Shown here piece after piece: positions 62,301 through 64,000 of a DNA stretch of 64,000 nucleotides (positions within the stretch are counted from its first letter, which is position 1; each line of letters opens with the position of its first letter). The notes under the pieces were generated by a model. That model was given only the letters and a program-made list of their open reading frames with translations, was not told the origin of the DNA and ran no database searches. The translations under genes and the position numbers were made by a program. The DNA is taken from contig CM068755.1 in the NCBI GenBank assembly GCA_035084275.1, positions 9,920,001 through 9,984,000 on the forward strand. Reading direction: 5' to 3'. The DNA comes from Hydrolagus colliei (lineage: Eukaryota).

Positions 62301-64000
62301 ATAAGGCAACCCCTCAACTTTCCCTGATCCCTCCATCGTTCCTGAATTTCCCATACACTTCTCTCATCCTTGCTTTGCCGAGCCTCTATGTTCTATAAGA
62401 TAATAATAATTACTGGTTCCCACTGGTGCTTCTAGTTCTGTCTTTTTCCTTTCAAGTGCTCCTGGCATTTATATATATACATCTAATTATATGGTCTTTG
62501 TCCCCTTCACCTTCCTATCTCTTGCAAGTTGCTTGGAGCATTCTGCTACAAGTCAAGGCACCTTTGGTGTAAGGTTTCCCCCCCCCCCATGTTACACCAC
62601 AAAAACAATCTCAGTCGAATCATCGCAATCAGGTTGCAGTCTACCTAGTGCCATCTTGCTGTTAATAAGGCCCAAGCACAGCAAGCCATCAATAACAATC
62701 ATTGCTTAAGGAGCTGTAACTTTTACAAATGTTGGTTCCATCGCAAAACACATTCTTCGAGACCTCTGAAGGCCTCTTTCTGATGAATTTTTAATTTTCT
62801 TAACAAAGAAATGTCTCTTCTTGGATTCAAAGAAATAGCTGTAAGTAATGTGATGAAATGGGAGCAGCTCTATACAGCTCTCCACCGCTCTTCTTTTAAT
62901 GTTGAGGCAGCAAATTGTCAGGCGCATTTGATTAGACAGGCTCTTTTTGTTCCTGTCCTGCAAATCATGAAAAACATGCTCTTTGCATTTGAATATGATA
63001 TGAGAAAAAGGCTGTAATGTGATGGTTATAAAGCAATAGCAGCACTGCCCAAGGCAGCACCTGTATCAGGGGGTCATTGGCACTGCTCGTCAGATCAGTG
63101 CTCTGCCACTCACTCTGTAGATGGTTTATTATGCCTAATTAGGAGGCCTGTCACTTTCCTAGTGATTGAAAAGAAAGATGAACAGAGCACTTGTGTTTCC
63201 GTCCCTATTGGCCACATGACTTTAAAAGTCTAAAGTGAATGCTTGAGACTAGAGGTGTTGGAAGAAAACAGTGCAATCCCTGACGTGCACACATATGCAC
63301 ACACACAGATGCACACACAGATACACACACACGCATAGAAACAACTCATTTTTGCCAAAGTTACACACAATTGCATTTATAGACGCTGGGGTCCATTTTC
63401 TGATCTCCTTTTATTGATTGGCACAAAGTGAATGATTTAATATGCGATTCATATTTCAGAACTTCTAACTCAAATCAGGAGCTCACTTTCACTGTTTGGA
63501 ATTGTGATGCACCCAAACTCTCTGTGTAATAACGCTGGAAACCGAATATTGCCCCATGTACAATGTAAACACTGTCATTTTTGGGATAGTCAAATAGTTA
63601 AGGACTCATGTGTCTTAAAACAATAGGATTTTATTGTGTGTGACATTTAAATGCATATTTTACAATGATAGCCTGAATTGTAGAATTTAAAAATGATTTT
63701 GAATCTATGCAAGTAGTACAAAATGATGCGATTCAGCATGAAATCTTTCCCGAGTTCTATGACAAGTGGGATTTTATAATGCATTTTCTTGACAATGGGG
63801 GCCTTTTAAACAATGCTTTATTTGTATTTTGGTAGCAGTTTGTTTCCAACAGGCTGACACAATTGGAATTCTTATGGACTTGAATAAAGACAGTCTTGTG
63901 TAAATGATCACAAAACCTGTTGAAATATTTAGTTTTGAGAGAGGCCAACAGAAAGTGGGGAATGTAAGATTTAGGCTCAGATTATTTCTTGTTTGGACAC

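Noticed and set aside
1-64000. CRISPR arrays, operons or prokaryotic defence systems
   Set aside because: Eukaryotic intron-containing DNA; no regularly spaced repeat-spacer array seen.

Overview
Vertebrate genomic DNA, most likely from a cartilaginous fish (possibly a holocephalan/chimaera; this is inferred only from the repeat content of CR1 tails, L2 and Deu-type tRNA-SINEs). The first 28 kb hold two spliced + strand genes in the same order and orientation as in other jawed vertebrates. ICE2/NARG2 contributes its last 8 coding exons (2271-12404), with the 5' part outside the window. ANXA2 is complete: a probable non-coding exon 1 ending at 16714, then 12 coding exons at 18997-28004 giving 337 aa. 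I checked all exon phases by hand and they join in frame. The rest (28-64 kb) has no recognisable protein-coding gene; it is repeat-dotted intergenic DNA, probably the desert toward FOXB1 by synteny. I found no novel multi-gene system. The best leads are: loss of the repeat-III Ca2+ site and a remodelled N-terminus in this ANXA2; a duplicated CTCF-like site in intron 5; a permuted copy of promoter/intron-1 sequence upstream of ANXA2; a paralogous block flanking ANXA2 on both sides; and two long hairpins. Repeat boundaries are approximate.
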